DNA from: an uncultured delta proteobacterium
GTDB lineage: Bacteria > Desulfobacterota > BSN033 > UBA1163
DNA: 64,000 nucleotides
Assembly: GCA_963827685.1 (NCBI GenBank)
Contig: CAWHBU010000003.1
Span: 192,001-256,000 of the forward strand
Direction: 5' to 3'
Shown one piece after another: positions 1-9,561 of the stretch. Under the pieces are notes generated by a model. It was not told the origin of the DNA. It saw only the letters and a program-made list of their open reading frames with translations, and ran no database searches. Made by a program: the position numbers and the translations under genes. How positions within the stretch are numbered: position 1 is the first letter of the stretch; the number at the start of each line of letters is the position of its first letter.

Positions 1-2
1 TG

Positions 3-1586
3 ATTGCCGCCGCCGTTGCCAAAGTCTCCCTTCACGAAGCCTTAGATGAAAAGGAAGTGGGAGTCACTCCTTCTGTGTTAGTCATTGGTGGCGGCATTGC
101 CGGAATTCAGGCCAGCCTCGATATCGCCCATTCAGGCTTTGAAGTCTATCTGGTAGAAAAATCGCCCACCCTGGGAGGCCATCTCGCGCAACTGGATCGA
201 ACCTTCCCCAATCTGGAGGAGACCTCGACCATCCTCTCTCCGAAACTGAAAGAGGTTGGAAACCACCCCCTCATCCACATTCTCACCCAGAGTGAAGCAG
301 AAGAGGTGGAAGGATTTGTGGGCAATTTTAAGGTTAGGGTAAGGCAGAATCCCAGATATATCAATCCAGAAAAATGCACCCGATGCAAAAAATGTGAAGA
401 CGTCTGTCCGGTTAAGGTTCCGAGTGAATTCAATATGGGACTGGCCGAGAGAAAAGCGATCTATCTCCCCTCCCCTCTTGCTGTCCCTTTCACCTACACC
501 ATCGATCCGCAAAACTGTCTCTTCCTTCAAAAGGGGGAGTGTGGAAAGTGCCGGGAGATTTGCCCGGAGGGAGCGGTTGAGTTTGAACAGGTAGGGGTTG
601 AATACCAGTTCGATATAGGGACGATCATCGTGGCCACGGGTTATGACCCCTTCGATCCCAGACTAAAACCTGAGTTTGGATATGGGCTTTATAAAAATGT
701 GGTGACCGGACTTGAGTTTGAAAGGTTGCTCTCTGGAAGTGGGCCCACTCAAGGGAAAATTGAGATCAACAGCAAGGAGCCGAAAAATATCGTATTCATC
801 CAATGCGTTGGGTCGAGAGATAAAACGGTGGGCAATGAATATTGCTCCAGAGTCTGTTGTATGTTTACAGCCAAACAGGCCTCTCTCGTCAAGGATCGAA
901 TTCCTGATGCCCGGGTCACTATTTGCTATATCGATATAAGAGCTTTTGGAAAAGGATATGAACAGTTCTATGATGAAGTACAGAGAAAAGGAGTTCTCTA
1001 CAGAAAAGGAGTTCCATCCGAGATTTATCAAAGATCCGGAAAATTGATCGTCAAGGCGGATGACGAACTCTTGGGGGAACCCTATGAGGAAGAGGCAGAC
1101 CTGGTTGTCTTGGCCACAGGCCTCACGCAGCGAAATGACGCAAATCGCGTTCGGAGCCTTCTTAAACTTTCCCAAAGTCCGGATCGTTTCTATTTGGAAG
1201 CCCATCCCAAGATGAGGCCTCTTGACACAGCCACGGATGGGATCTTTTTGGCTGGAACCTGCCAAGGGCCAAAAGATATTTCCGATACCCTATCACAAGC
1301 CCATGGAACAGCTTCTCGGGCAACCATTCCCCTCTTTGCAGGAAGAGTCAAGATCGAGCCGATCACATCGGTGGTGGACGTCTCCTTCTGTGCTGGCTGC
1401 GGTCTCTGTGAACAGGTCTGTGAATTTCGGGCTCTGAAACTCGACCCTTATCGAAAGGTCATGACAGTTAACGAAGCCCTCTGTAAGGGATGCGGAGCCT
1501 GTAATGCCACTTGCCCCTCAGGTGCCATCAGTCTGAGGCACTTCAAGACCGAACAGATCATCGCCGAAATCAAAGAAGTCTGTTAA
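3..1586 (+). CDS. hdrA: Heterodisulfide reductase subunit A-like flavoprotein (5'-partial)
   Basis: VLVIGGGIAG FAD motif, IQCVGSRD, YCSRVCC, two 2x[4Fe-4S] domains. Frame is open back to the window start (IAAAVAKV...). Confidence 0.9.
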   Translation: MAAAVAKVSLHEALDEKEVGVTPSVLVIGGGIAGIQASLDIAHSGFEVYLVEKSPTLGGHLAQLDRTFPNLEETSTILSPKLKEVGNHPLIHILTQSEAEEVEGFVGNFKVRVRQNPRYINPEKCTRCKKCEDVCPVKVPSEFNMGLAERKAIYLPSPLAVPFTYTIDPQNCLFLQKGECGKCREICPEGAVEFEQVGVEYQFDIGTIIVATGYDPFDPRLKPEFGYGLYKNVVTGLEFERLLSGSGPTQGKIEINSKEPKNIVFIQCVGSRDKTVGNEYCSRVCCMFTAKQASLVKDRIPDARVTICYIDIRAFGKGYEQFYDEVQRKGVLYRKGVPSEIYQRSGKLIVKADDELLGEPYEEEADLVVLATGLTQRNDANRVRSLLKLSQSPDRFYLEAHPKMRPLDTATDGIFLAGTCQGPKDISDTLSQAHGTASRATIPLFAGRVKIEPITSVVDVSFCAGCGLCEQVCEFRALKLDPYRKVMTVNEALCKGCGACNATCPSGAISLRHFKTEQIIAEIKEVC

Positions 1587-1671
1587 TTGCGCATTTCGGA
1601 TTGCGGATTGCGGAATTTAGAGATTGATAACTGACCATTGTTGATTGACCATTTTGCATTGAGTTTTTCCT

Positions 1672-2196
1672 ATGGAAAAGGGTCTCATTCAGATCTATAC
1701 CGGGAATGGAAAAGGTAAGACCACTGCTGCTTTGGGGCTTGCCCTGAGAGCGGTCGGCCATGGATTGAAGGTCTTGGTCATCCAATTCATGAAAGGAAAT
1801 ATCGACTACGGTGAATTGGAATCTTCTAAAAAGCTCTCTCCCTACTTGACGATCAAACAGATGGGCAGGGAGACTTTTGTCTCAAAAACGAACCCAGATC
1901 CCATTGACGTAAGAATGGCTCAGGATGGATTTGTTTTGGCGAAAAAAGCGATTGCCGATGAAGACTATGACATCATCATCCTCGACGAAATCAATGTGGC
2001 CATCGATTACGGATTGATCCCTCTCTCTGATCTCCTTCACGTCCTTGAAACCAAGCCCAGCGGAGTTGAACTCATTCTAACCGGAAGAAACGCCCGACCT
2101 GAAATATTGGAAAAAGCTGATTTGGTCACGGAGATGGTAGAACAAAAACACTACTATAAGAACGGAGTCTCAGCTCGCAAAGGCTTCGAAATTTAA
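1672..2196 (+). CDS. cobO: Cob(I)yrinic acid a,c-diamide / cob(I)alamin adenosyltransferase
   Basis: YTGNGKGKTTAA, IQFMKG, ILDEI, LILTGR, ARKGFEI motifs. Confidence 0.93.
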   Translation: MEKGLIQIYTGNGKGKTTAALGLALRAVGHGLKVLVIQFMKGNIDYGELESSKKLSPYLTIKQMGRETFVSKTNPDPIDVRMAQDGFVLAKKAIADEDYDIIILDEINVAIDYGLIPLSDLLHVLETKPSGVELILTGRNARPEILEKADLVTEMVEQKHYYKNGVSARKGFEI

Positions 2197-2240
2197 CCCC
2201 CCTTCATCCCCCCTTAACCTAAGGGGGGAATAGAGGGGGG
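2197..2240. repeat. C-rich/G-rich REP-like hairpin
   Basis: CCCCCCTT(aacct)AAGGGGGG directly after the cobO stop; related copy at 11137-11176. Confidence 0.6.
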
Positions 2241-2277
2241 TTACAAATCACGGACACGAGACTAGGGGGCTTACTGA

Positions 2278-3951
2278 ATGTTCAAAGAAGACAAATTGAA
2301 AAGGGTCAAAGAGGAGAAGAAAAGGTGGACAGAGGATTTGTCGAAAAGTCTCTGCGAGACCCCTGAACGTCTCCCGCGGTTTTCCACTGTCTCCGATCTT
2401 GAGATCAAGGGTCTCTATACTCCGGAAGATATCAAAGACATCGACTATTCCAGAGACATTGGTTTCCCAGGTATCTATCCTTTCACCCGAGGAGTTCAAC
2501 CCTCCATGTATCGGGGAAGGCTCTGGACCATGCGAATGTTTTCGGGCTTGGGAGGACCGGAGGAGACAAACAAGCGTTTCCATTATCTGTTGGCTCATGG
2601 GGAAACCGGTCTTTCCATCGCCTTTCATTATCCTACGCTCATGGGCTATGACAGTGACGCTCCGATGTCGAAAGGTGAAATTGGGAAGTGCGGTGTGGCG
2701 GTTGACACGCTCAAAGATATGGAAATTCTCTTTGAAGGGATACCCCTGGATAAGGTCACCACCTCCATGACCATCAACCCCCCTGCTTCCATCCTGCTGG
2801 CCATGTATATGGTTGTGGCCGAGAAGCAAGGGATCAGCAAGAAGCAAATTGGAGGGACCATCCAGAATGACATGCTGAAAGAATTCATTGCTCAGAAAAC
2901 CTTCATGCTTCCTCCCAAACCCTCTCTCCGGATCATCGTAGATACCGTTGAATACTGCACCAAAGAAGTCCCCCGTTGGAATACGATCAGTATTAGTGGC
3001 TATCATATTCGTGAAGCCGGGGCAACAGCCGTTCAAGAGCTTGCCTTCACCCTGGCCGATGGGATTGCCTATGTTGAGGCAGCGATGGAAAGAGGGCTCA
3101 ATGTAGATGATTTTGCTCCGAGGCTTTCCTTCTTTTTCGATTCCCATATCGACTTCTTCGAGGAAATCGCTAAGTTTCGGGCGGCTCGAAGGATATGGGC
3201 GAAAATCATGCGTGAGCGTTTCACTGCAAAAAATCCACACTCTTGGCTGCTCCGTTTCCACACTCAAACCGCTGGCTGTTCTTTGACAGCGCAACAACCT
3301 TATAACAATGTCATCCGCACTGCCTATGAAGCATTGGCTGCCGTACTGGGTGGAACCAATTCCCTCCACACCAATTCTCTCGACAAGACCTATGCGATCC
3401 CTACGGAGGAAGCGGCCACCATCGCCTTACGGACACAACAGATTCTCGCAGAGGAAACCGGGGTGGCCAACACCATCGATCCGTTGGCAGGCTCTTATTT
3501 TGTGGAGGCGTTGACCCAAAACATTGAGGAACAGGCTTACGAATATATCCGAAGAATCGATGAAATGGGAGGAATGGTGGCAGCCATTGAAAGAGGGTAT
3601 CCCCAATCTGAAATCGCTGATTCCGCTTATAAGTTCCAGCGTCAAGTTGACTCAGGAGAAAAGACCATTGTCGGTGTCAATAAGTATGCGACAGAGCATT
3701 CCCCCATTACGATCTGGAGGATGAAACCGGAGATCGAAGAAAGACAATTGAGACGGCTGCGTGAGGTGAAGGAGAGACGAGACAATCAAAAAGTAAGAGA
3801 ACTCCTCCAAAGAATTCGGAAGGTGTCTCAAAGTAGCGAAAACCTCATGCCTCACATTATCAATGCGGTGAGGGAATATGCCACGCTCCAGGAGATCTGT
3901 GATGTGTGGAGAGATGTCTTTGGCCGATATTCAGATCCGGGATACTTCTAA
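2278..3951 (+). CDS. B12-dependent acyl-CoA mutase large subunit, isobutyryl-CoA-mutase-like signature
   Basis: MCM-family TIM barrel ([32 protein letters not shown]). Specificity positions are Phe (MRMFSG) and Gln (FIAQK), not Tyr/Arg. Confidence 0.85.
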   Translation: MFKEDKLKRVKEEKKRWTEDLSKSLCETPERLPRFSTVSDLEIKGLYTPEDIKDIDYSRDIGFPGIYPFTRGVQPSMYRGRLWTMRMFSGLGGPEETNKRFHYLLAHGETGLSIAFHYPTLMGYDSDAPMSKGEIGKCGVAVDTLKDMEILFEGIPLDKVTTSMTINPPASILLAMYMVVAEKQGISKKQIGGTIQNDMLKEFIAQKTFMLPPKPSLRIIVDTVEYCTKEVPRWNTISISGYHIREAGATAVQELAFTLADGIAYVEAAMERGLNVDDFAPRLSFFFDSHIDFFEEIAKFRAARRIWAKIMRERFTAKNPHSWLLRFHTQTAGCSLTAQQPYNNVIRTAYEALAAVLGGTNSLHTNSLDKTYAIPTEEAATIALRTQQILAEETGVANTIDPLAGSYFVEALTQNIEEQAYEYIRRIDEMGGMVAAIERGYPQSEIADSAYKFQRQVDSGEKTIVGVNKYATEHSPITIWRMKPEIEERQLRRLREVKERRDNQKVRELLQRIRKVSQSSENLMPHIINAVREYATLQEICDVWRDVFGRYSDPGYF

Positions 3952-4019
3952 GGACATAGCGTCCGATCGCCAAAGTACTTATACAGCAGGCAGGCGTCGA
4001 GGATAGAACATACATGGAA

Positions 4020-4168
4020 GCACCAAATCCCAAGCACCAAATCTCAAATAAATCCCAATTACCAAAATTCGAAAAAAATCTATTTGGTTATTTGAAATTG
4101 GAATTTGGAGCTTATTTGGGATTTGCCTGCCTGCCGGTAGGCAGGGAATTTGTGATTTGGGATTTTAG
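4020..4168. repeat. Heptamer-periodic imperfect inverted repeat (CCAAAT.../...ATTTGG), copy 1, with a 20-bp palindrome inserted at 4126-4145
   Basis: Left arm aaatcccaagcaccaaatc, right arm gaatttgtgatttgggattt; similar element at 4660-4787. Confidence 0.75.
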
Positions 4169-4209
4169 AGAGCCTACTCTTTGCGGCCTACTGAAGGCGA
4201 GGAGCGATA

Positions 4210-4617
4210 ATGAGTCTCAAGAGAAAAGTTCGCATTCTGATAGGGAAACCCGGCTTGGATGGACATGATCGGGGAGCAAAAGTGATCGCAAGGGGGTTCA
4301 GGGACGCCGGTTTTGAGGTGATCTATACAGGACTCCATCAGACGCCCGAGCAGATCGTGTCGGCTGCCATCCAGGAAGATGTGGATGCAATCGGATTATC
4401 CAGCCTGGCCGGGGCCCATGACTATCTTTTCCCGAGGGTGATTGAACTTCTCAAAGAAAAAAAGGCAGACGATATTATCGTTTTTGGAGGGGGAATTGTT
4501 CCTGAAGAGGACATCGCTACCCTCACCCAATGTGGGGTAAAAGCCATCTTCACTCCCGGGACCTCTATTGAAGAGGCCGTTAAGTGGGTTCGTAAAAACG
4601 TAAAGCCGCGTAAATAA
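4210..4617 (+). CDS. Cobalamin-binding small subunit of acyl-CoA mutase
   Basis: [10 protein letters not shown] (DxHxxG), SSLAGAH, GGGIVP. Confidence 0.93.
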   Translation: MSLKRKVRILIGKPGLDGHDRGAKVIARGFRDAGFEVIYTGLHQTPEQIVSAAIQEDVDAIGLSSLAGAHDYLFPRVIELLKEKKADDIIVFGGGIVPEEDIATLTQCGVKAIFTPGTSIEEAVKWVRKNVKPRK

Positions 4618-4619
4618 AA

Positions 4620-4935
4620 AGCATAGGGCATGGAGCATAGAACTTAGTGAATGACGAATTGCCAAATCCCAAGCACCAAATTCCAAATAATTCCAAATTT
4701 CCAAATTCAAAATTCCAAACGTTTTGGTATTTGAAAATTGGAGTTTGAGATTTGTTTGGGATTTGGAATTTGTGACTTGGAATTTTAAACACTATCCTCT
4801 CTGCGCTATGCGCTATACCTATTTATTTAAAGGGAGGGTGGCGAAGGCTTTAGGTTCATAGTTCATAGTTCTAGTTCATCGTTCATTGTTTATCGTCCAT
4901 CGTTCATAGTCCATAGTTAAAAGTCCAAAGTTCAA
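4620..4935. repeat. Nested heptamer-periodic repeats: GCATAG arms (4620-4641 and ~4798-4820) enclosing CCAAAT element copy 2 (4660-4787), then a GTTCATA-type tandem (4854-4935)
   Basis: Periodic 7-mers and inverted arms read directly from the sequence. Confidence 0.7.
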
Positions 4936-4951
4936 TCGGGGAGGAACAAGA

Positions 4952-6325
4952 ATGATAACATTCAAAGAGGGGAATCTAAGGATTCCCAAATGGAATCGGA
5001 GGGTTTTTATCGTGGCCGGGGGAACAACGGCTTACAAAAAATATTTCCCCGAATATAAACTGGAAGAACTGGTGATGATCGCCTTCAAGAATATGTTAGA
5101 GGATAGTGGCTTAAAAATGGATCCCTTGGAGGTCAAGGGATTGATCAACTTTGCCACATATGGTGAGTTTGCAGACCATTTTCAGGATCAATTGCTCTGC
5201 CAGGCCAAAGTCCATGATTATCTGGGATTGGATCCTCTTTATAATCTGGGTATCAAAACAGGAGGGGCCACGGGAGGGTCCGCCATCCTCGCTGCGGCCA
5301 TGGCAGTGGCTTCGGGCTATGCCAATGTTGCCTTGGCGGCGGGCTGGGAGCGTATGGACGAAGTGGATACCCGGACCGGCAACTTCTATATCTCGACAGC
5401 GGCCTGTAAGGACTTCGAAACACGCTTGGGTCGGATTTATTCATCCTATTATGCTCCCATGGCGAACCGCTTTGCCCGCTCTTTTAACGTATCCGAAATC
5501 ACCCGGGCCAAGATAGCTGTCAAAAACCATCTCTATGCTTGCTCATCTCCATACGCACAGCAACCGGGAAAATATACCGTCGAGGATGTCTTAGCCAGTC
5601 CCATCTCCGCCTACCCCCTGCGATTCCTCGAGTGCTGTGCCATGAGTGTCGGCTCGGCATGTGTCCTGCTCTGTGATGAAGAGACGGCCTATAAGTTGAC
5701 TGACCGCCCCTGTGAGCTTTTTATTTGCGGTGGCACTCATACCCTGCGGGTGGCCGACCGCCGGCATATGGAGGTTCCCTTACTTCCACATGAAACTCCA
5801 GATATGTATAAAGATCTCTATGGTAAAGAGGGAGCTCGTTATCCGGGATTTGAAAGTTTCCTGGCATGCCGGTTTGCGGCCTGGCTGGTCTATCGGATGG
5901 CCGGTATTCAAAACCCTATTGAGGACCTGGATCTCGTGGAGCTTCATGATGCCTTCACCATCAGTGACCTACAGACCTATGGAGACATTGGGCTCAGACC
6001 TTACGGTCAGGAACAGGATTATATTGAGTCTGGAGACGCTTACTATGGCGGCAAGTGTCCTTCCAACCTATCGGGTGGATTGATCGGAACGATGCACGCC
6101 GTGGGCGCGACTGGAATCTTTCAAGCTGCTGAGTGTCTATGGCAGTTACAGCAAAAATACGACAGTTTTCATGCCGATTCCAAAATCTGGAAGAGATGGG
6201 GGAAAGAGAAACCCAAGGATTGGCAGAGTCTGCAGATCCCGGAAAAGAGTAAACAGGCCCTATGGGTTTCCCATGCAGGTGTCGGTTCTCACGTGACCGT
6301 TGGTATTCTTAGAAAGAGCTGGTAA
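4952..6325 (+). CDS. Thiolase-like protein (SCP-x/Ltp type) lacking the nucleophilic Cys
   Basis: ELHDAF, NLSGGLIG, HAVGATG. KTGGATGGS stands where xCASG is expected. Confidence 0.85.
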   Translation: MITFKEGNLRIPKWNRRVFIVAGGTTAYKKYFPEYKLEELVMIAFKNMLEDSGLKMDPLEVKGLINFATYGEFADHFQDQLLCQAKVHDYLGLDPLYNLGIKTGGATGGSAILAAAMAVASGYANVALAAGWERMDEVDTRTGNFYISTAACKDFETRLGRIYSSYYAPMANRFARSFNVSEITRAKIAVKNHLYACSSPYAQQPGKYTVEDVLASPISAYPLRFLECCAMSVGSACVLLCDEETAYKLTDRPCELFICGGTHTLRVADRRHMEVPLLPHETPDMYKDLYGKEGARYPGFESFLACRFAAWLVYRMAGIQNPIEDLDLVELHDAFTISDLQTYGDIGLRPYGQEQDYIESGDAYYGGKCPSNLSGGLIGTMHAVGATGIFQAAECLWQLQQKYDSFHADSKIWKRWGKEKPKDWQSLQIPEKSKQALWVSHAGVGSHVTVGILRKSW

Positions 6326-6501
6326 ACCCTGTACCTATCCCTGAGGCAAGGATTTGAAATCAAAATTTTCACCTAACTTTTGAACTTCAATCTGAGTCAA
6401 AAGAGCGTATGATGGTACAGGGTAAACCCATAGCCAAAGATATTTGTAATTTCTCTAACCTTTCCGTGATGTAAGGCACGGCTTTAATGGTACAGGGTAA
6501 A
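6324..6501. repeat. Short element: ACCCTGTACC end plus two ATGGTACAGGGTAAA direct repeats
   Basis: 15-bp exact repeat at 6412-6426 and 6487-6501; inverted copy at 6326-6335. Confidence 0.65.
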
Positions 6502-6515
6502 GGAGGAAAACCTCT

Positions 6516-7109
6516 ATGGTAAAGGGAAAAACAAGATCGAAGAAAAAGGAACGCACAAAGAAAAAAGTTGAGGCGAAGAAAAAGGTCCTGATCAAGAAAA
6601 AGAGCCCGACAAAGAAAAGAGAAGAAATAAAATTTGTTGGTCAGGTCAGCAAAATTCGTCAAGCCGAGCCAGCTACAGTGATCGAGTGGCCTCGATCCAT
6701 TACGCACGTTCATACCTATGGGATGCTTTCTCCTTTTTTCGAAGGCCTCAGGAAAGGAGAATTGCGAGCTACGCTTTGCCCTAACAAGAACTGTCCGGAA
6801 AACCGCCTCTGGATACCCCCCCGGGGTCATTGCCCGGACTGCCATACGGAAATGGTCTGGAAGACTTTGCCCAACCCTGTTATCGGCAAAATCTATACTT
6901 TCACCGAAGTTGTTTATGCAGGTACGGGCATTGAGCTTTCCACCCCTTACTGGCAAGTTGATGTAGAGATCCCGGGCTTAGCGACGATCCCTAAAAGCTA
7001 TCTGCTATACGGAAAGCCCGATATTGGAATGAAGGTAAAGGCTGAGTTCAGGACAAAGAATCCCACGAATACGGTACTCGACTACTACTGGGTACCTTAT
7101 GAAGGATAG
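6516..7109 (+). CDS. DUF35-type Zn-ribbon/OB-fold protein (thiolase partner) with Lys-rich N-terminus
   Basis: FFEGL, CPxxxC, PPRGHCPDC, GKIYTFT, IGMKVKA; follows the thiolase-like gene. Confidence 0.85.
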   Translation: MVKGKTRSKKKERTKKKVEAKKKVLIKKKSPTKKREEIKFVGQVSKIRQAEPATVIEWPRSITHVHTYGMLSPFFEGLRKGELRATLCPNKNCPENRLWIPPRGHCPDCHTEMVWKTLPNPVIGKIYTFTEVVYAGTGIELSTPYWQVDVEIPGLATIPKSYLLYGKPDIGMKVKAEFRTKNPTNTVLDYYWVPYEG

Positions 7110-7169
7110 AAAGTTCGGAGTAATGTAGTTCGGTGTTCGGAGCAGATTTGAAACTCCGAACTCTGAACT
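7110..7169. repeat. GTTCGGA/TCCGAAC heptamer inverted repeat
   Basis: aagttcggag...ctccgaactctgaact; sister element at 12849-12912. Confidence 0.7.
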
Positions 7170-7186
7170 GGATTTGGAGGAAAGCT

Positions 7187-8356
7187 ATGCCACTCGATTT
7201 CGATTTGACCGATGAACAACAGATTTTAAGAAAGATGGTGAGAACCTTCGCTGAAAAGGAGATTGCCCCAATTGCTCAGGAACTCGACAACAAAGAAAAA
7301 TTCTCCTATTTGCTGACAAAACGGATGGGAGAGCTTGGCCTTTTTGGCCTCTTCGTCTCTGAGGAATACGGTGGGGGTAATCTCGGTTATATCTTTTACA
7401 TCATCGCTGTTGAAGAGATCGCACGGATCGATGGTTCTCAAGCTGCGACGCTCGCTGCGGGCAACTCCCTGGGAATTTCACCGATCTATCACTATGGAAA
7501 TGAAGAGCAGAAGAAAGAATGGTTACCCGATCTCTGTAAAGGGAAGACTCTTTCCTCCTTTGGCCTGACAGAACCGAATGCTGGTTCCGATGCGGGTGCC
7601 ACAAGAACGACAGCAAAGTTGGAAGGAGATCACTGGGTTATTAATGGCTCAAAAATCTTCATTAGCAATTCCAGCACGGATATCAGTAAGGTCTGTGTGG
7701 TTCAGGCTGTGACCGGAAAGCGGGAAGACGGGAGGAATGAACTCTCTTGTATCTTGGTCCCAAATGGAACCCTTGGTTTCACCGCAGAAACGATGCACGG
7801 GAAGATGGTCTGGAGGGCCTCCAATACTGGTGAACTTTCTTTCGCTGACTGCCAAGTCCCCAGAGAGAACCTTCTCGGTCAACGGGGGGATGGGTTCCAT
7901 CAGATGCTCGCCACACTCGATGGGGGAAGGCTCAGCATTGCCGCCATGGGTTTAGGAGGAGCTCAGGGTGCTTTTGAATTGGCCCTTAAATACGCCAAAC
8001 GGCGGGAACAATTCGGAAGACCAATCGCCACATTCCAGGTTAACGCATTTAAATTGGCAGACATGACAACAGAGATCGAGATAGCAAGGCTCTTACTCTA
8101 TAAGGCCTCCTGGTTATGTGAGCAACATCGTCCTTTCTCCAAAGAAGCCGCCATGGCAAAGATGTTCTGCTCCGAAATGTATCATCGCGTAGCCAACCAG
8201 GCTGTTCAACTCCACGGCGGATACGGTTTGATGAAGGAAAATGCCGTCGAGCGCCATTATCGAAACCAGAAGCTCCTGGACATCGGAGAAGGGACTTCAG
8301 AGGTCCAAAGGATTGTCATCGCCCGGCACATCGGGGTTCCAGTAGGAACTTCATAA
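7187..8356 (+). CDS. Acyl-CoA dehydrogenase (short/branched-chain type)
   Basis: FGLTEPNAGSD, NGSKIFI, REQFGRPI, GGYG, IGEGTSEVQR; GGAGG RBS before ATG 7187. Confidence 0.93.
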   Translation: MPLDFDLTDEQQILRKMVRTFAEKEIAPIAQELDNKEKFSYLLTKRMGELGLFGLFVSEEYGGGNLGYIFYIIAVEEIARIDGSQAATLAAGNSLGISPIYHYGNEEQKKEWLPDLCKGKTLSSFGLTEPNAGSDAGATRTTAKLEGDHWVINGSKIFISNSSTDISKVCVVQAVTGKREDGRNELSCILVPNGTLGFTAETMHGKMVWRASNTGELSFADCQVPRENLLGQRGDGFHQMLATLDGGRLSIAAMGLGGAQGAFELALKYAKRREQFGRPIATFQVNAFKLADMTTEIEIARLLLYKASWLCEQHRPFSKEAAMAKMFCSEMYHRVANQAVQLHGGYGLMKENAVERHYRNQKLLDIGEGTSEVQRIVIARHIGVPVGTS

Positions 8357-8357
8357 A

Positions 8358-8452
8358 TTTATGAGTTGAGAATTATGAGTTATGAATTGCGAATGAGCAG
8401 CTATGAATTTAAGTCCTTAGTTTTTAACTCTTAATTCTTAACTCTCACCTGT
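8358..8452. repeat. TTATGAG/TTAACTC heptamer-periodic inverted repeat
   Basis: ttatgagttgagaattatgagttatgaa...ttaactcttaattcttaactc. Confidence 0.6.
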
Positions 8453-8501
8453 TAATTCATCTATTGCCTCTTTTTGCTAACTTTGGTATTTTGTTGAAAC
8501 G

Positions 8502-9473
8502 ATGAGCCTGGCTAAACAAATTTTAAAGGGGGATATCCGGGCTGCTTCCAGGCTGATGAGGGATATTGACGATCGCATCCCCAGCGCCCTCGAATCATTG
8601 AAAGAACTTTATCCCAAGACAGGAAGAGCGTATATCATCGGGATCACAGGTCCTCCGGGTTCCGGTAAATCTACCATGGTGGATAAGATGGTGGACCTCT
8701 TTCGAAAGGAAGGGAAAAGCATTGGGGTTGTCGCCGTCGATCCTACCAGTCCTTTCTCCGGAGGAGCGATCCTCGGTGATCGAATTCGAATGCAACGCCA
8801 CGCCACTGATGAAGGGGTATTCATTCGCTCCCTGGCAACCCGCGGATGTCTCGGTGGACTCTCCCGGTCCACCCAAGATATTATCAATGTGATGGATGCG
8901 ATGGGAAAAGATATCATTCTGGTCGAGACGGTTGGCGTGGGACAGGACGAAGTAGAGATTGTCAACACGGCCCACACCTCCATCGTCGTCCTCGTCCCCG
9001 GATCAGGAGATGATATCCAGGCAATTAAAGCGGGCATCATTGAAATCGGAGATCTCTTTGTCGTCAATAAATGCGATCGCGAAGGCGCAGATAAGATGGA
9101 GCGAGATCTCCGAATGGTTCTCGAAATGGGCCGGAGGAAAGACGATGGCTGGGAGCCCCTCATCGTTAAAACAGAGGCGATCTTAGGGAAAGGGATTTCT
9201 GAACTGGTTGATGGAATCTATCGTCATAAGCGGGCTTTGGAACAGAGTCAGGGCTTGGAAAAAAAGTTGAAAGAAAGGACAAAGACAACCTTCTTAGAAA
9301 TCCTTGAAACCGAAGTGATGTCCCATTTCATTGAAAAAATGGAAAAAGAGGGAGAATGGGACAAGATCATCGATGACCTGATGAATCGCCGGATGGACCC
9401 TTACTCCGTAGCCCAAAAGATCATGGCCGATGAATTGACTAATTATCATTGCAAAATGAAAAATAAAAAATGA
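8502..9473 (+). CDS. meaB: Methylmalonyl-CoA mutase-associated GTPase MeaB
   Basis: GITGPPGSGKST, AVDPTSPFSGGAILGDRIRM, ETVGVGQ, NKCD. Confidence 0.95.
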   Translation: MSLAKQILKGDIRAASRLMRDIDDRIPSALESLKELYPKTGRAYIIGITGPPGSGKSTMVDKMVDLFRKEGKSIGVVAVDPTSPFSGGAILGDRIRMQRHATDEGVFIRSLATRGCLGGLSRSTQDIINVMDAMGKDIILVETVGVGQDEVEIVNTAHTSIVVLVPGSGDDIQAIKAGIIEIGDLFVVNKCDREGADKMERDLRMVLEMGRRKDDGWEPLIVKTEAILGKGISELVDGIYRHKRALEQSQGLEKKLKERTKTTFLEILETEVMSHFIEKMEKEGEWDKIIDDLMNRRMDPYSVAQKIMADELTNYHCKMKNKK

Positions 9474-9561
9474 AACATTTTTCATGCTCTACAATGAGAT
9501 GAAATAGGAATCCAATTTTACGGATCACGAATCACGGACACGAGAGGAGGGAGAAACCTTC

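Noticed and set aside
1587-2277. Cobalamin riboswitch ahead of cobO or the mutases
   Set aside because: Gaps are too short and repeat-filled; no B12-box motif seen.
2248-3369. Long antisense ORFs (2248..3369, 21435..22229, 42614..43453, 52281..52946)
   Set aside because: Shadows of better-supported opposite-strand genes, with no recognisable motifs.
4620-4935. Periodic tracts as a CRISPR array or coding sequence (ORFs 4396..4710, 4580..4792; also 4014..4268)
   Set aside because: Period is about 7 nt with no spacers; the ORFs are low-complexity by-products of the repeats.
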